From Candidatus Marinacidobacterales bacterium (GTDB lineage: Bacteria > Acidobacteriota > Vicinamibacteria > Marinacidobacterales > DATDRI01), in NCBI GenBank assembly GCA_965226495.1, contig OZ245365.1:1440001-1504000 (forward strand): DNA of 64,000 bases, given 5' to 3'. Both the position numbers and the translations under genes were made by a program. Shown one piece after another: positions 40,041-50,334 of the stretch (its first letter is position 1; each line of letters starts with the position of its first letter). The notes below the pieces were generated by a model that saw only the letters and a program-made list of their open reading frames with translations, did not search any database and was not told where the DNA came from.

Positions 40041-42101
40041 GTGAATAGCCTGGTTCAGTGGACGCCCGTGCTCGGCGTAGTGGCGCTCCTTTTCGCTTGG
40101 TACAAGGCCGGCTTCGTTTCCCGTCAGGACCAGGGAACCGATCGCATGAAGGAAATTGCGTCCTTCATCAGCCAAGGCGCGATGGCCTTCCTGCGCCGAG
40201 AGTACTCGGTCCTGGCGGTTTTTGCCCTCTTTGTGGCAGTGGCGCTCTTCCTGGCGAACTACTCGAACGGAACCCAGCTGGTCGGGGTCTCCTACATCGT
40301 GGGGGCTTCATGCTCGGCGCTGGCCGGCTTCTTCGGAATGCGGGTGGCGACAAAAGCGAATGTCCGGACGACCAACGCGGCCCGCGAGTCGATGGCTCGC
40401 GCGCTCAACGTGGCGTTCTCCGGTGGCGTGGTAATGGGCATGTCGGTGGTGGGACTGGGCGTGTTGGGCCTCTCACTTCTCTTCATCCTCTATACGAATC
40501 TCTTCGGCACCGGACTCGATGTCATGCAAAACAAGGTGCTACAGGTTCTGTCCGGGTTCAGTTTAGGCGCGTCTTCCATCGCCCTATTCGCTCGTGTAGG
40601 AGGAGGGATTTACACGAAGTCGGCCGATGTCGGAGCCGATCTGGTTGGGAAGGTCGAAGCGGGAATTCCCGAAGATGATCCACGGAATCCTGCGGTGATT
40701 GCCGACCTTGTCGGTGATAACGTCGGTGACGTGGCCGGGATGGGAGCCGACTTGTTCGAGTCTTATGCGGGAGCGATCATCGGCGGCATGGTGTTGGGAT
40801 TGGTATTCGTCCGTGACATGGAAGCTGCCGGGACGTCGGTGACGAATCCCTTGAACTATGTCGTTCTGCCCCTCGTCCTCGCCGCGGTTGGGATTCTTTG
40901 CTCCATTGCTGGCACTTTCGCGGTGAGAACCGGCGAAGGTAAGAACCCGCAGACCGCTCTCAATGCCGGGACGATCGGGGCAGGGGTGGTCATGCTCATC
41001 GTCGCGATCCCCGTGATCCGCACGCTCTGCCCAGAGGCATGGGCCAATCTCTACGGCGCGATGGTCATCGGACTTGCCCTCGGCATCGCGATTGGTTTCA
41101 TCACGGAGTACTACACTTCAGAAGCGCGGAGTCCGGCGCGAGAGATCGCCGCGGCGTCCCAGACCGGAGCGGCTACCAACATCATCGCTGGCCTGGCCCT
41201 GGGCATGAAGTCGACAGGCTGGCCTCTTTTTCTCATTGCCGCCGCGATCCCGGCGACGTATCACCTGGCAGGAGTTTACGGCATCGCGCTCGCCGGACTC
41301 GGAATGCTCTGCACAGTGGGAATCCAGCTTGCCGTCGACGCTTACGGGCCCATCGCCGACAATGCGGGAGGTATCGCGGAGATGAGCGAGCTTCCGAAAG
41401 AAGTGCGGGCGCGCACCGACAAACTGGATGCGGTCGGGAACACCACCGCCGCCATTGGAAAGGGTTTTGCGATCGGCTCGGCCGCGCTGGCGGCGCTGGC
41501 GTTGATGGCCGCTTTTCAGGAACAGGCACGGCTGAAGCCCGAGGAGCTATCTATTCTGAACCCGACCGTACTCGCCGGTCTATTGCTTGGTGGGATGGTG
41601 CCGTTTCTGTTCTCCTCGATGGCGATGAAGGCAGTGGGGGAAGCCGCTTTCGACATGATCGAGGAGGTGCGCCGGCAATTCAGAGAAATTCCAGGACTAT
41701 TGGAAGGCAAGAAAGGCGTCCGCGCCGACCATGCTCGGTGCGTCGACATCGCCACCGCAGCGGCGCTCAAGCGGATGATCATGCCAGGCTTGATGGCGAT
41801 TGTGATCCCCGTAGTCGCGGGATTCATCGACAAAAACTTGCTCGCCGGCGTTTTGGGCGGCGCGATCGTGTCAGGAGTCTTACTCGCGATCTTCATGGCC
41901 AACGCCGGAGGGGCTTGGGACAATGCCAAGAAACACATCGAGGGTGGTGCCTTCGGAGGCAAGGGCTCCGATTCTCACAAGGCCGCGGTGGTAGGCGATA
42001 CAGTAGGTGACCCCTTCAAGGACACCGCTGGCCCGAGCATCAACATTCTGCTCAAGCTGATGTCGGTAGTGTCTCTCGTGATTGCTCCATTGATCAGGTA
42101 A
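40041..42101 (+). CDS. hppA: Membrane pyrophosphatase, K+-dependent type, probably Na+-translocating
   Basis: [42 protein letters not shown] (Ala marks K+ dependence) and [11 protein letters not shown]. Confidence 0.93.
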   Translation: MNSLVQWTPVLGVVALLFAWYKAGFVSRQDQGTDRMKEIASFISQGAMAFLRREYSVLAVFALFVAVALFLANYSNGTQLVGVSYIVGASCSALAGFFGMRVATKANVRTTNAARESMARALNVAFSGGVVMGMSVVGLGVLGLSLLFILYTNLFGTGLDVMQNKVLQVLSGFSLGASSIALFARVGGGIYTKSADVGADLVGKVEAGIPEDDPRNPAVIADLVGDNVGDVAGMGADLFESYAGAIIGGMVLGLVFVRDMEAAGTSVTNPLNYVVLPLVLAAVGILCSIAGTFAVRTGEGKNPQTALNAGTIGAGVVMLIVAIPVIRTLCPEAWANLYGAMVIGLALGIAIGFITEYYTSEARSPAREIAAASQTGAATNIIAGLALGMKSTGWPLFLIAAAIPATYHLAGVYGIALAGLGMLCTVGIQLAVDAYGPIADNAGGIAEMSELPKEVRARTDKLDAVGNTTAAIGKGFAIGSAALAALALMAAFQEQARLKPEELSILNPTVLAGLLLGGMVPFLFSSMAMKAVGEAAFDMIEEVRRQFREIPGLLEGKKGVRADHARCVDIATAAALKRMIMPGLMAIVIPVVAGFIDKNLLAGVLGGAIVSGVLLAIFMANAGGAWDNAKKHIEGGAFGGKGSDSHKAAVVGDTVGDPFKDTAGPSINILLKLMSVVSLVIAPLIR

Positions 42102-42103
42102 CC

Positions 42104-42192
42104 GGGGTCACGGGGTCAGATCCAGTCTTATCACAGGGGTCTGATCCAAAAGCGTGCATGCGGGCGGCGTGTGCACACTTTTGGATCAGACC
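42104..42192. repeat. GGGGTC(A/T)GA-type REP-like palindrome cluster
   Basis: GGGGTCAGATCC and GGTCTGATCCAAAAG...CTTTTGGATCAGACC inverted repeat, between convergent genes. Confidence 0.65.
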
Positions 42193-42244
42193 GGCGCCTG
42201 GCTACGCTGATAAGTAGCACCTTAGTATTTTGGCGCCCCTCCTC

Positions 42245-43210
42245 TTACTCTAGGGACGGGTCGTTGAGGATCGCGGTGAGTTTGTCGCTATCGATGCTTC
42301 CGCCCGAGATCACCGCCACACACTTGCCTCTCTTCTCCTGAGGCATGGCTATCGCCGCCGCGGCAGAAAGCGCGCCGGCGCCTTCGACGATCATCTTGTT
42401 GCCGAGCGCCAGATGGCGAATCATCCGCTTGACGTCGGTCTCGGAGACGAGCACGACATCGTCCACGAGCTCCCGCAGGAGGGGAAACATCTCTTCCGTG
42501 ATGTAGGGGACTGCGACGCCGTCACAAATCGTATCGCAATCAACCGACGTGGGTTTCCCGGCTTCGAAGCTCGCATGAAGTGACGGGCAGCCTTGCGGCT
42601 CCACAGCGATCACCTGCACCGAAGGCTTGAGGGCTTTGAGCGCGCTTGCCACTCCCGCGATCAAACCGCCCCCGCCCACCGAGACGAAAACTGAGTGGAC
42701 GTCGGGGCAATCCGCAAGAATCTCGAGCCCGATACTCGCGTGACCGATCATGACGTTTTGGTTGGTCCATGGATGAACGTAGGCGTATGGTTCCGATTCC
42801 CACCCGTGCTCGCGAAGATAGCGGAAGAGCTCGTCGACCGGCACCAGGACCGGCGTCGCACCGTAGGCGCGGACCGCTTCGATCTTGGAGCGCGGGGCGC
42901 CTTCAGGCATCAGACTCCTCGCGGAAACCCCGAAATAGCGTGCCGCCCACGCGAGTGCCTGTGCGGTGTTGCCGGCACTGACCGTACTCAAGCCTTTTTG
43001 GCGTTCGTCGTCGCTGAGACAAGCGACGGCATTGAACACTCCACGTAGCTTGAACGAAGTCACCGCCTGATGAATCTCGGGCTTTAGGAGAATGTCGCTC
43101 GTCGACTCGAAGGAATGAAGCGGCACCAACGGCGTCTCGACGATGACGTTCCGTATACGATCGGCGGCCTGCCGGATGTCGTCGAGCGAAGGTCTGGTGG
43201 CGAGTCCCAT
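42245..43210 (-). CDS. PLP-dependent threonine/serine dehydratase family enzyme (no ACT domain)
   Basis: ETPL, SFKLRG, SAGN, VGGGGL and ISGGS. Confidence 0.9.
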   Translation of the reverse strand: MGLATRPSLDDIRQAADRIRNVIVETPLVPLHSFESTSDILLKPEIHQAVTSFKLRGVFNAVACLSDDERQKGLSTVSAGNTAQALAWAARYFGVSARSLMPEGAPRSKIEAVRAYGATPVLVPVDELFRYLREHGWESEPYAYVHPWTNQNVMIGHASIGLEILADCPDVHSVFVSVGGGGLIAGVASALKALKPSVQVIAVEPQGCPSLHASFEAGKPTSVDCDTICDGVAVPYITEEMFPLLRELVDDVVLVSETDVKRMIRHLALGNKMIVEGAGALSAAAAIAMPQEKRGKCVAVISGGSIDSDKLTAILNDPSLE

Positions 43211-43274
43211 GGGCGAGTCAGTATGAAGGAAGCCGCAGTCTCTCGTCCACCCGAAAGCGCTACACTTGATAGCG

Positions 43275-44834
43275 GTGCAACTAAAGGATTTGGTTGAGAC
43301 TTCTAGGCGGGTTTCGGAGACGAGCGGTCGGCTCGCAAAAATCGGGCTGCTCGCGGAGCTTCTGAAGCGCTTTGCAGAGGAAGAGATGGCCATCGGCACG
43401 CTCTATCTCACGGGAGAGCTTCCCCAAGGTCGGATCGGTGTCGGTTGGTCCGCAGTACGGAATGCAACCCCGAAGACCGCAGCCGATACACCAAGCCTGA
43501 AGCTTCTCGACGTGGACCGTTCCTTCGATGCCATCGCCGGTACGACCGGACGTGGCTCCGCGGCGGACCGCGCTCTCATTCTCTATCGTTTGCTCGCGCG
43601 CGGCACGCAGGAAGAGCAGATATTCCTGACGCGGCTCATCATGGGTGAGCTCCGTCAAGGCGCTCTGGAAGGCGTGATGGTAGAGGCAGTGGCCAAGGCC
43701 TCTGAAGTTCCGGCACGAGCGGTGCGAAGGGCGTTCATGTTCGCCGGGGATCTCGGCGCGGTCGCTCAAACCGCTGTCAACGAGGGAGCCGAGGGTCTAG
43801 AGCGCATCGGTATCCAGCTCTTCCGTCCCATCAAACCGATGCTGGCGCAGACCGCCGAGTCTGTCAGCGAAGCGCTCGAGCGTTTGGAAACCGCCGCGTT
43901 CGAGTTCAAATTGGACGGCGCTCGGGTCCAGGCTCATAAGAGGGGAGAGGACGTTCGACTCTTCACCCGTCGTTTGAACGACGTCACGCCCGCGGTGCCC
44001 GAGATCGTCGAGAGGGTGCGTGCCCTGGCGGCGGAGGAGATCATTCTAGATGGGGAGACGCTGGCGCTCCGCTCGGACGGCTCGCCGCAGCCGTTTCAAA
44101 TCACGATGCGACGGTTCGGGCGCCGACTCGATGTCGCGGCGATGCGCGAAGAACTGCCTCTCACGACATTTTTCTTCGACTGTCTGTACCTAGATGGAGC
44201 GAGTTGGGTCGACCGACCGGCCGAAGAGCGTTACGAGGCCCTCTCGAGTGTCGTTTCTTCGGACCAATTGGTCCCGCGCCGAGTGACGGCCCAGCCGGAC
44301 GAGGCTGCCTCCTTCGAACGTCAGGCGCTCGAAGCGGGACACGAAGGGCTCATGGCGAAAGCGTTGGACGCACCCTATGAGGCGGGCGGACGCGGTCGAA
44401 GTTGGCTCAAAGTAAAACGAGCGCACACGCTCGACCTCATCGTCATGGCCGCGGAGTGGGGGAGCGGTCGCCGCCGCGGATGGCTCAGCAACCTGCACCT
44501 CGGAGCACGTGACCCAGCTACCGGCGAACCGGTGATGTTAGGGAAGACCTTCAAAGGAATGACGGACGAGATACTGGAGTGGCAAACGAAACGACTTCAG
44601 GAGTTGGAAACATCGCGCGACCGCTTCACGATCTACGTCCGCCCGGAGCTTGTGGTGGAAATCGCGTTCAACAATATCCAGGCCAGCCCGCAGTATCCGG
44701 CGGGCCTGGCGCTTCGTTTCGCGCGCGTAAAGGGCTACCGCCCCGACAAATCACCGAAAGAAGCCGACACCGTGGACGCGGTGCGGGCGATTCACGAGGC
44801 TAGCCTGGGCGCTTCAAAAGGAAGTACTGATTGA
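43275..44834 (+). CDS. ATP-dependent DNA ligase (LigB-like)
   Basis: EFKLDGARVQ, LDGE, FD, EGLMAK, WLKVK and ALRFAR. Confidence 0.93.
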   Translation: MQLKDLVETSRRVSETSGRLAKIGLLAELLKRFAEEEMAIGTLYLTGELPQGRIGVGWSAVRNATPKTAADTPSLKLLDVDRSFDAIAGTTGRGSAADRALILYRLLARGTQEEQIFLTRLIMGELRQGALEGVMVEAVAKASEVPARAVRRAFMFAGDLGAVAQTAVNEGAEGLERIGIQLFRPIKPMLAQTAESVSEALERLETAAFEFKLDGARVQAHKRGEDVRLFTRRLNDVTPAVPEIVERVRALAAEEIILDGETLALRSDGSPQPFQITMRRFGRRLDVAAMREELPLTTFFFDCLYLDGASWVDRPAEERYEALSSVVSSDQLVPRRVTAQPDEAASFERQALEAGHEGLMAKALDAPYEAGGRGRSWLKVKRAHTLDLIVMAAEWGSGRRRGWLSNLHLGARDPATGEPVMLGKTFKGMTDEILEWQTKRLQELETSRDRFTIYVRPELVVEIAFNNIQASPQYPAGLALRFARVKGYRPDKSPKEADTVDAVRAIHEASLGASKGSTD

Positions 44835-45543
44835 GATCATTCGTCCGCCCGTCCGCGGTAAAGACCTCGAAGCACTCCAAGGGTTGGGAGGACACCAGCC
44901 GCGCGCTTTCGTCGCTGTCAGTGAAATGACAGTAGCGATACGCCGGCTCCGCATCTCCCCAAGAGAGGATGTGATCGCCCGGCTCGAGCTGGGATGAATC
45001 GATCTCGGCCCCAGTCGAGGCGAGGAACGTGTCCCAAGGGATGAGCTTCTTTCTAAATCTCTCGAAGCGGCCGAATTGCCAGATCGAGAAAGCGAGGATC
45101 CCGTCGGGCTCGAGTAGACGGCCGAGCTCGATGAGCAATGAGCGCCGCGTGTCGAAGCCTGGCACATGATGGAGAAAGCCAAAGAGCGTGATCAGCGAAA
45201 ACGACCCGGCTGGTTCGTCGATTCCCGTCATCACGTCGTGATCTTTCAGCGTGATGGTGGGAAGGTCGGATAGTTTCGCGCGAGCGTGCTCGAGCGCAGT
45301 TGGACTGAATTCGACACCCATGTAGCTGAACGGCGATTCTAGATGCTCGCTGAGAAAGACGGCGAATCGCCCGTTGCCACATCCCACATCGAGAACGGAG
45401 AGGGTTTGTTTCTCCCCAATGAATGGCAGCAGTCGGAGCCAGCCCCGCCACGGCCTCCGACGCGTCGCGCTAAACTCGTCCGCACGTTGGGTGTAGAAGT
45501 CCCGGTTGATCTGGTTGAGTGCTAAAATGGTGGCCCGATCCAT
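44800..45543 (-). CDS. Class I SAM methyltransferase, Trm9/ALKBH8-like
   Basis: FSATRRRPW, LDVGCGNGR, LHH, FSIW and YRYCH motifs; ATG 45543 lies 6 nt after TACACT. Confidence 0.75.
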   Translation of the reverse strand: MDRATILALNQINRDFYTQRADEFSATRRRPWRGWLRLLPFIGEKQTLSVLDVGCGNGRFAVFLSEHLESPFSYMGVEFSPTALEHARAKLSDLPTITLKDHDVMTGIDEPAGSFSLITLFGFLHHVPGFDTRRSLLIELGRLLEPDGILAFSIWQFGRFERFRKKLIPWDTFLASTGAEIDSSQLEPGDHILSWGDAEPAYRYCHFTDSDESARLVSSQPLECFEVFTADGRTNDLNQYFLLKRPG

Positions 45544-45554
45544 CGGTTGAGTGT

Positions 45555-47333
45555 ATGAAAAAAGCGACATGGTTGGCACCGTATCATTTTTCACCCGAGC
45601 TCCATGAGCGGGAGCTCCGCGCCATCATTCAAGAGGTCGAAGACTGTCCCGATGTTCAAGGGAAGACGCTCGACCGTATTCTCCGAAAATACCCCAAGGG
45701 CGGAAAGGCTTTTTTTTCCAAGAGCGAGATCATCCAGGGGTATCGCCACCTGGCCGAGCGCGACGGATGGTCGGGCGATGCTGATCTTTTCATCGAAAAG
45801 CTCAAGATGAAGCCGGTGCGCACGCTGAGCGGCGTCACCCCAGTAACGGTGCTGACCAAACCGTTTCCTTGTCCTGGCCAATGCATTTTCTGTCCTAACG
45901 ATGTGCGGATGCCCAAGAGCTACCTGTCCTTGGAGCCGGGTGCGCAGCGAGCTGCTCAGCACCAGTTCGATCCCTATGAGCAGACGCACTCCCGGCTCAG
46001 CGCTCTTCGGCGAATGGGGCACCGGTTGGAGAAGATCGAGCTCATCATCCTGGGAGGGACTTGGTCTTTCTATCCCGAAGGCTACCAGCGATGGTTCATT
46101 CGTCGATGTTTCGAAGCGATGAACGACTTCGGTGAGGGTGACTCGTCGAACGGCTCCGTGCGTCATCCTGTCGACTACGAAGAGCTCCGCGAGCAAGTAG
46201 ACGGTCGGTTCGAGACCAATCCCTACAACGACATCGTTTCCGGATTCCTGCGCTCCAAGGAAAACGGCGAGCTGGTGCACGAATCGGAGTTCTCGACTAT
46301 CGAAGCGCTCGAGGAGGCACAACGGGTGAACGAAACGGCCCGCCATAGATGTATTGGGCTTTCCGTCGAGACACGGCCGGACTATGTTTCCGAAGAGGAG
46401 GTCGAGCGGATTCGAACGCTAGGCGCAACGAGGGTGCAGATCGGTATCCAAAGCCTTTCGGACGAAGTCCTCTCGCTCAACAAGCGAGGCCACGACGTAG
46501 CGACCACTCGCAGAGCGGTTCGAATGCTGAGGGAGGCCGGTTTCAAGATCCAGGCTCACTGGATGCCGAACCTCTACGGCTCAACCCCGGAGCTTGATGT
46601 CGAAGATTTCGAACGCCTCTTTAGCGATCCAGACTTTCGACCCGACGAGCTCAAGATCTATCCGTGTAGTTTGATCGAAAGCGCCGAGCTGATGGTTCCC
46701 TACGAAGCAGGGAAGTGGAAGCCCTACACTCATGACGAGCTTCTGCATGTCTTGGTCGAATGCCTCCGGCGAGTACCGAGTTATTGCCGCGTGAGTCGGG
46801 TGATCCGGGACATCCCGGGCGACGACATCTTGGATGGCAACAAAACATCGAACTTCCGAGGTATTGCCGAAGCGGAGTTGGTGGCAAGGGGACTCCAGTG
46901 CGAAGACATTCGGAGTCGCGAGATCCGCGGCGAGCGGGTCCCAGCCGAGGACCTTCAGCTGGACGAGATTCGCTACGAGAGCTCCATTGGAGAAGAAGTC
47001 TTTCTGCAATACATCGACGACCATCGCCGCATCGCCGGGTTCCTGCGGCTCGCTCTGCCCACACGAGAAGCCTTCATCGATGAGATCCGCGAGAGCGCCA
47101 TGATCCGGGAAGTGCACGTCTATGGTGCGACCGCTCGCCTTGGCGAGAAGGATGAGCTCAAGACGCAGCACATCGGTTTGGGTCGGAGTCTCATCCTTCG
47201 CGCGGAAGAGCTGGCTCGCGAGGCTGGCTTTGCGAGCCTGGCCGTCATCTCGAGCGTTGGCACCAAGGAGTACTACCGGCGCCTCGGTTTCCACGACCGC
47301 CGTCTCTACCAGCACAAAAACCTCGTTTCCTGA
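45555..47333 (+). CDS. elp3: Elp3 family tRNA U34 carboxymethyltransferase (radical SAM + KAT)
   Basis: KPVRTLSGV, CPGQCIFCP, PKSY, GGTW, ETRPD, KIYP, IRDIP, IRSRE, IREVHVYG, QHIGLG and VGTKEYYRRLGF. Confidence 0.93.
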   Translation: MKKATWLAPYHFSPELHERELRAIIQEVEDCPDVQGKTLDRILRKYPKGGKAFFSKSEIIQGYRHLAERDGWSGDADLFIEKLKMKPVRTLSGVTPVTVLTKPFPCPGQCIFCPNDVRMPKSYLSLEPGAQRAAQHQFDPYEQTHSRLSALRRMGHRLEKIELIILGGTWSFYPEGYQRWFIRRCFEAMNDFGEGDSSNGSVRHPVDYEELREQVDGRFETNPYNDIVSGFLRSKENGELVHESEFSTIEALEEAQRVNETARHRCIGLSVETRPDYVSEEEVERIRTLGATRVQIGIQSLSDEVLSLNKRGHDVATTRRAVRMLREAGFKIQAHWMPNLYGSTPELDVEDFERLFSDPDFRPDELKIYPCSLIESAELMVPYEAGKWKPYTHDELLHVLVECLRRVPSYCRVSRVIRDIPGDDILDGNKTSNFRGIAEAELVARGLQCEDIRSREIRGERVPAEDLQLDEIRYESSIGEEVFLQYIDDHRRIAGFLRLALPTREAFIDEIRESAMIREVHVYGATARLGEKDELKTQHIGLGRSLILRAEELAREAGFASLAVISSVGTKEYYRRLGFHDRRLYQHKNLVS

Positions 47334-47347
47334 ACGGGAGAACGAAG

Positions 47348-48499
47348 ATGAAATCCATGGTTTGTCTTTTTCTAGTATTTTTCTATGCGCCATCGACTTG
47401 GGCCGAGCCAAAACCGCGGGCCCGCGACTTGGGGATCCCGTTCGAAGGCACGCCCGGCGCTTTGAACGCCATCACCGATGTGGCCGGCGTGGAGGTCGGC
47501 CACACGACGCTTATCGAAGGTGAGGACGTGCGCACCGGTGTGACGGTCATTCTTCCGAGAGGGGAGAGTTCCAAGGATCCCGTCTTTGCCGGCTGGTTTT
47601 CACTCAACGGCAATGGTGAGATGACCGGGACGACCTGGGTGGAAGAGTCCGGGTTTCTCGAAGGACCCATCGCGATCACCAACACTCATAGCGTGGGAGT
47701 CGTTCGGGACGCGATCATCCAATGGCAGGCGAAGGAAGACACACTCTTTCAACCATGGTCTCTGCCGGTTGTGGCGGAGACTTACGACGGCTGGCTCAAC
47801 GATATCAACGGGTTCCACGTCAAAGCCGAGCATGTTTTCGAGGCGCTTAGCGTTGCGGCGTCGGGGCCGGTCGCGGAGGGCAACGTCGGCGGCGGCACGG
47901 GCATGATTACCTACGGATTCAAAGGTGGCATCGGGACGTCGTCGCGCAGGCTGAGTGCAGAACAAGGCGGATACACGGTCGGCGTCTTGGTTCAGTCGAA
48001 TTTTGGATCCCGACCCTTACTGCGCGTCGCCGGAGTTCCGGTCGGTCGAGAGCTGGGGTGCGACGAAGTGCCCTGTCCCTCATGGGGACGACCCCGGCCC
48101 CAGCGGGAGGGCTCCATCATTATTGTCGTCGCGACGGATGCTCCCCTGCTTGCGCACCAAGTGAAGCGTCTCGGCCGGCGCGCCGCTCTCGGACTAGCGA
48201 GAACCGGGAGCATCTCCGGTAACGGATCGGGCGACATCTTCATGGCTTTTTCGACAGCCAATCCCGGCGCGGCGGGCGCGAAGGACCTGGCTCAGTTGAA
48301 AATGCTTCCTAACGGACGATTGGGGCCTGTCTTCCAGGCGACCGTCGAAGCCACCGAGGAGGCCATCATTAATGCAATGATGGCCTCGGAGACCATCGTG
48401 GGAAGGGACGACCACAAGGTGGTCGCTCTCCCACATGACGAGGTGCGGGCCGTGATGCGGAAGTACGGTCGGCTCGTCGAGAACGCTTCTCAGGACTGA
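47348..48499 (+). CDS. P1 family peptidase (DmpA L-aminopeptidase/D-esterase)
   Basis: NAITDV, NGNGEMTG, AETYDG, GGGTGM and the autocleavage site G-SIII; signal peptide. Confidence 0.92.
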   Translation: MKSMVCLFLVFFYAPSTWAEPKPRARDLGIPFEGTPGALNAITDVAGVEVGHTTLIEGEDVRTGVTVILPRGESSKDPVFAGWFSLNGNGEMTGTTWVEESGFLEGPIAITNTHSVGVVRDAIIQWQAKEDTLFQPWSLPVVAETYDGWLNDINGFHVKAEHVFEALSVAASGPVAEGNVGGGTGMITYGFKGGIGTSSRRLSAEQGGYTVGVLVQSNFGSRPLLRVAGVPVGRELGCDEVPCPSWGRPRPQREGSIIIVVATDAPLLAHQVKRLGRRAALGLARTGSISGNGSGDIFMAFSTANPGAAGAKDLAQLKMLPNGRLGPVFQATVEATEEAIINAMMASETIVGRDDHKVVALPHDEVRAVMRKYGRLVENASQD

Positions 48500-48571
48500 G
48501 GGATCTCCTTGAGATTCCGAGGCCCGGTCTGTTAGCGAGCTGTGCTTATGGCTCGCCGCGGCTATGCTCCC

Positions 48572-48625
48572 TTGCAATACATACTTTGTTTCGAGATAAT
48601 CCCTTACGGGGGGATTTATCCGAAA
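48572..48625 (+). promoter_or_regulatory. Promoter and inverted-repeat operator of the abiE operon
   Basis: TTGCAA-N17-GATAAT, overlapped by the imperfect IR TTTCGAGATAATCCC / GGGATTTATCCGAAA. Confidence 0.6.
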
Positions 48626-48634
48626 TAGAATACA

Positions 48635-49435
48635 ATGGGCAAAACGCTAGGCGCACTAGAGACGCGGTTTTTCGCATATATCCAGCTGCGAAAACTCAAA
48701 TCGGTGGAGATTGGCGACCTGACGAGAGCCCTCGGCCTGTCACCAACCCAGGAACGGAAACTGTTGAGTCGTTTGTCACAGGCGGGCTTGATTGCCCGCG
48801 TTCGTCGCGGGCTCTATTTGGTGCCGCCCCGGCTCCCGTCTGGCGGAAAGTGGAGCCCGGGCGAATTTCTGGCGTTGACCACGCTCATCGGGGACCAAGG
48901 CGGCCGCTATCAGATCTGTGGACCGAATGCGTTCTACCGGTATGGTTGGGACGAGCAAGTACTCAACCGTGTCTATGCCTATAACAATCGGCTCTCTGGA
49001 GAACGTAGCATCGGTCCCGTCGCGCTGACTTTAGTAAGGGTCTCGGACGAACGCCTCGGCGCGACTGAGGTCGCGAGAACGCCCGAAGGGATCGACGTAG
49101 TTTATTCGTCCAAGCCTCGCTCGCTGATAGACGCGGTTTATGACTGGTCCCGATTCAATAGTCTACCGCGAGCATACGAATGGATGCGCGCGGAGCTGGC
49201 CAAGGACAGTAAGATCGCAAGCGAATTGGTAAGCGCAGGCCTTCGCTACGGCAATCAGGGAACGCTGCGGCGTATCGGGAAACTCCTCGAAACGCAGGCT
49301 GCGCCAGAGTCGCTGCTGCGGAAGTTGGAACAACAGCTCCGACCATCGTCCAGTCTCATTCCGTGGGTCCCGACTCTCCCGAAACGGGGAGGGGCAGATC
49401 GCCGTTGGGGCGTCATTTTGAACGACGCGTGGTGA
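48635..49435 (+). CDS. Type IV TA antitoxin / regulator, AbiEi-like
   Basis: wHTH with RVRRGLYL; lies directly upstream of an AbiEii gene. Confidence 0.8.
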   Translation: MGKTLGALETRFFAYIQLRKLKSVEIGDLTRALGLSPTQERKLLSRLSQAGLIARVRRGLYLVPPRLPSGGKWSPGEFLALTTLIGDQGGRYQICGPNAFYRYGWDEQVLNRVYAYNNRLSGERSIGPVALTLVRVSDERLGATEVARTPEGIDVVYSSKPRSLIDAVYDWSRFNSLPRAYEWMRAELAKDSKIASELVSAGLRYGNQGTLRRIGKLLETQAAPESLLRKLEQQLRPSSSLIPWVPTLPKRGGADRRWGVILNDAW

Positions 49436-49442
49436 TAGCCAA

Positions 49443-50334
49443 ATGGCAAATTACCACGAAGACAATGATCTGTTCCGGGAAGCGTTGACCTATACCGAAT
49501 CGGACACCGGCTTTAGCGCGCGGTTGATCGAAAAAGACTACTACTGCTCGATCCTACTCCGCGATCTGGGCAGGGCCTTCGAAAGAGGGCTAGTTTTCAA
49601 AGGTGGCACTTGTCTGAGCAAGGTCCACGCGGGCTTTTATCGCATGAGTGAGGACCTCGATTTCGCCATTCCAGTATCCTCGAACACGTCGCGCGCCAAG
49701 CGACGGGCCAGTGTTGCACCGCTAAAGCGAGAGTTTGACGGATTGCCGACGCGGCTTCCTTGTTTTCGAACTGTCGAGGCGCTGCGTGGATTCAATCTTA
49801 ATAAGCAGTACATCGGGCGGTATTGTTATCGCTCCGGTGTAACCGGGCAAGATGAGTTCATCAAGGTTGAACTTAGCGTCAGAGAGCCAATTCTCGATCC
49901 GGTGGAACGAAAGCCTGCGCGTACTTTGCTCGAGGACCCTCTGAGAAACGAGCCTGCCGTTACGGCGTTTTCCGTCCACGTGTTGTCGTTTCTAGAAGCG
50001 TACGCTGAAAAGTGTCGGGCCGCGTTGACGCGAAGAACGCCCGCAATCCGTGACTTCTACGACATTGATCATGCCGTTCGCACCCAAAAGCTAGGTCCAG
50101 CCGATACCGGCCTACTGAAGCTTGTGCGCAAGAAGCTCGTTGTGCCCGGAAATTCTGCGATCGACTCTTCTCAACAGAAGCTAGACGTTCTGACCAGGCA
50201 ACTAGAGTCAGAGTGCCGGCCCGGCGAGGCGGGGGGAGGGGAGGCTGAAGCCTGTCTTGCGGGCGAAAGATTTCGAAAGGTTTGACCTCGATCGAGCTTT
50301 TGGAATCGTCAGGAGCCTCGCTGAGGCTCTCTAG
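49443..50334 (+). pseudogene. AbiEii nucleotidyltransferase toxin with the C-terminus frameshifted by a 31-nt insertion
   Basis: IEKDY, FKGGTCLSK, RMSEDLDF, AEK and RDFYD. Removing 50214-50244 restores ...ESELKPVLRAKDFERFDLDRAF...EAL* ending at 50334. Confidence 0.82.
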
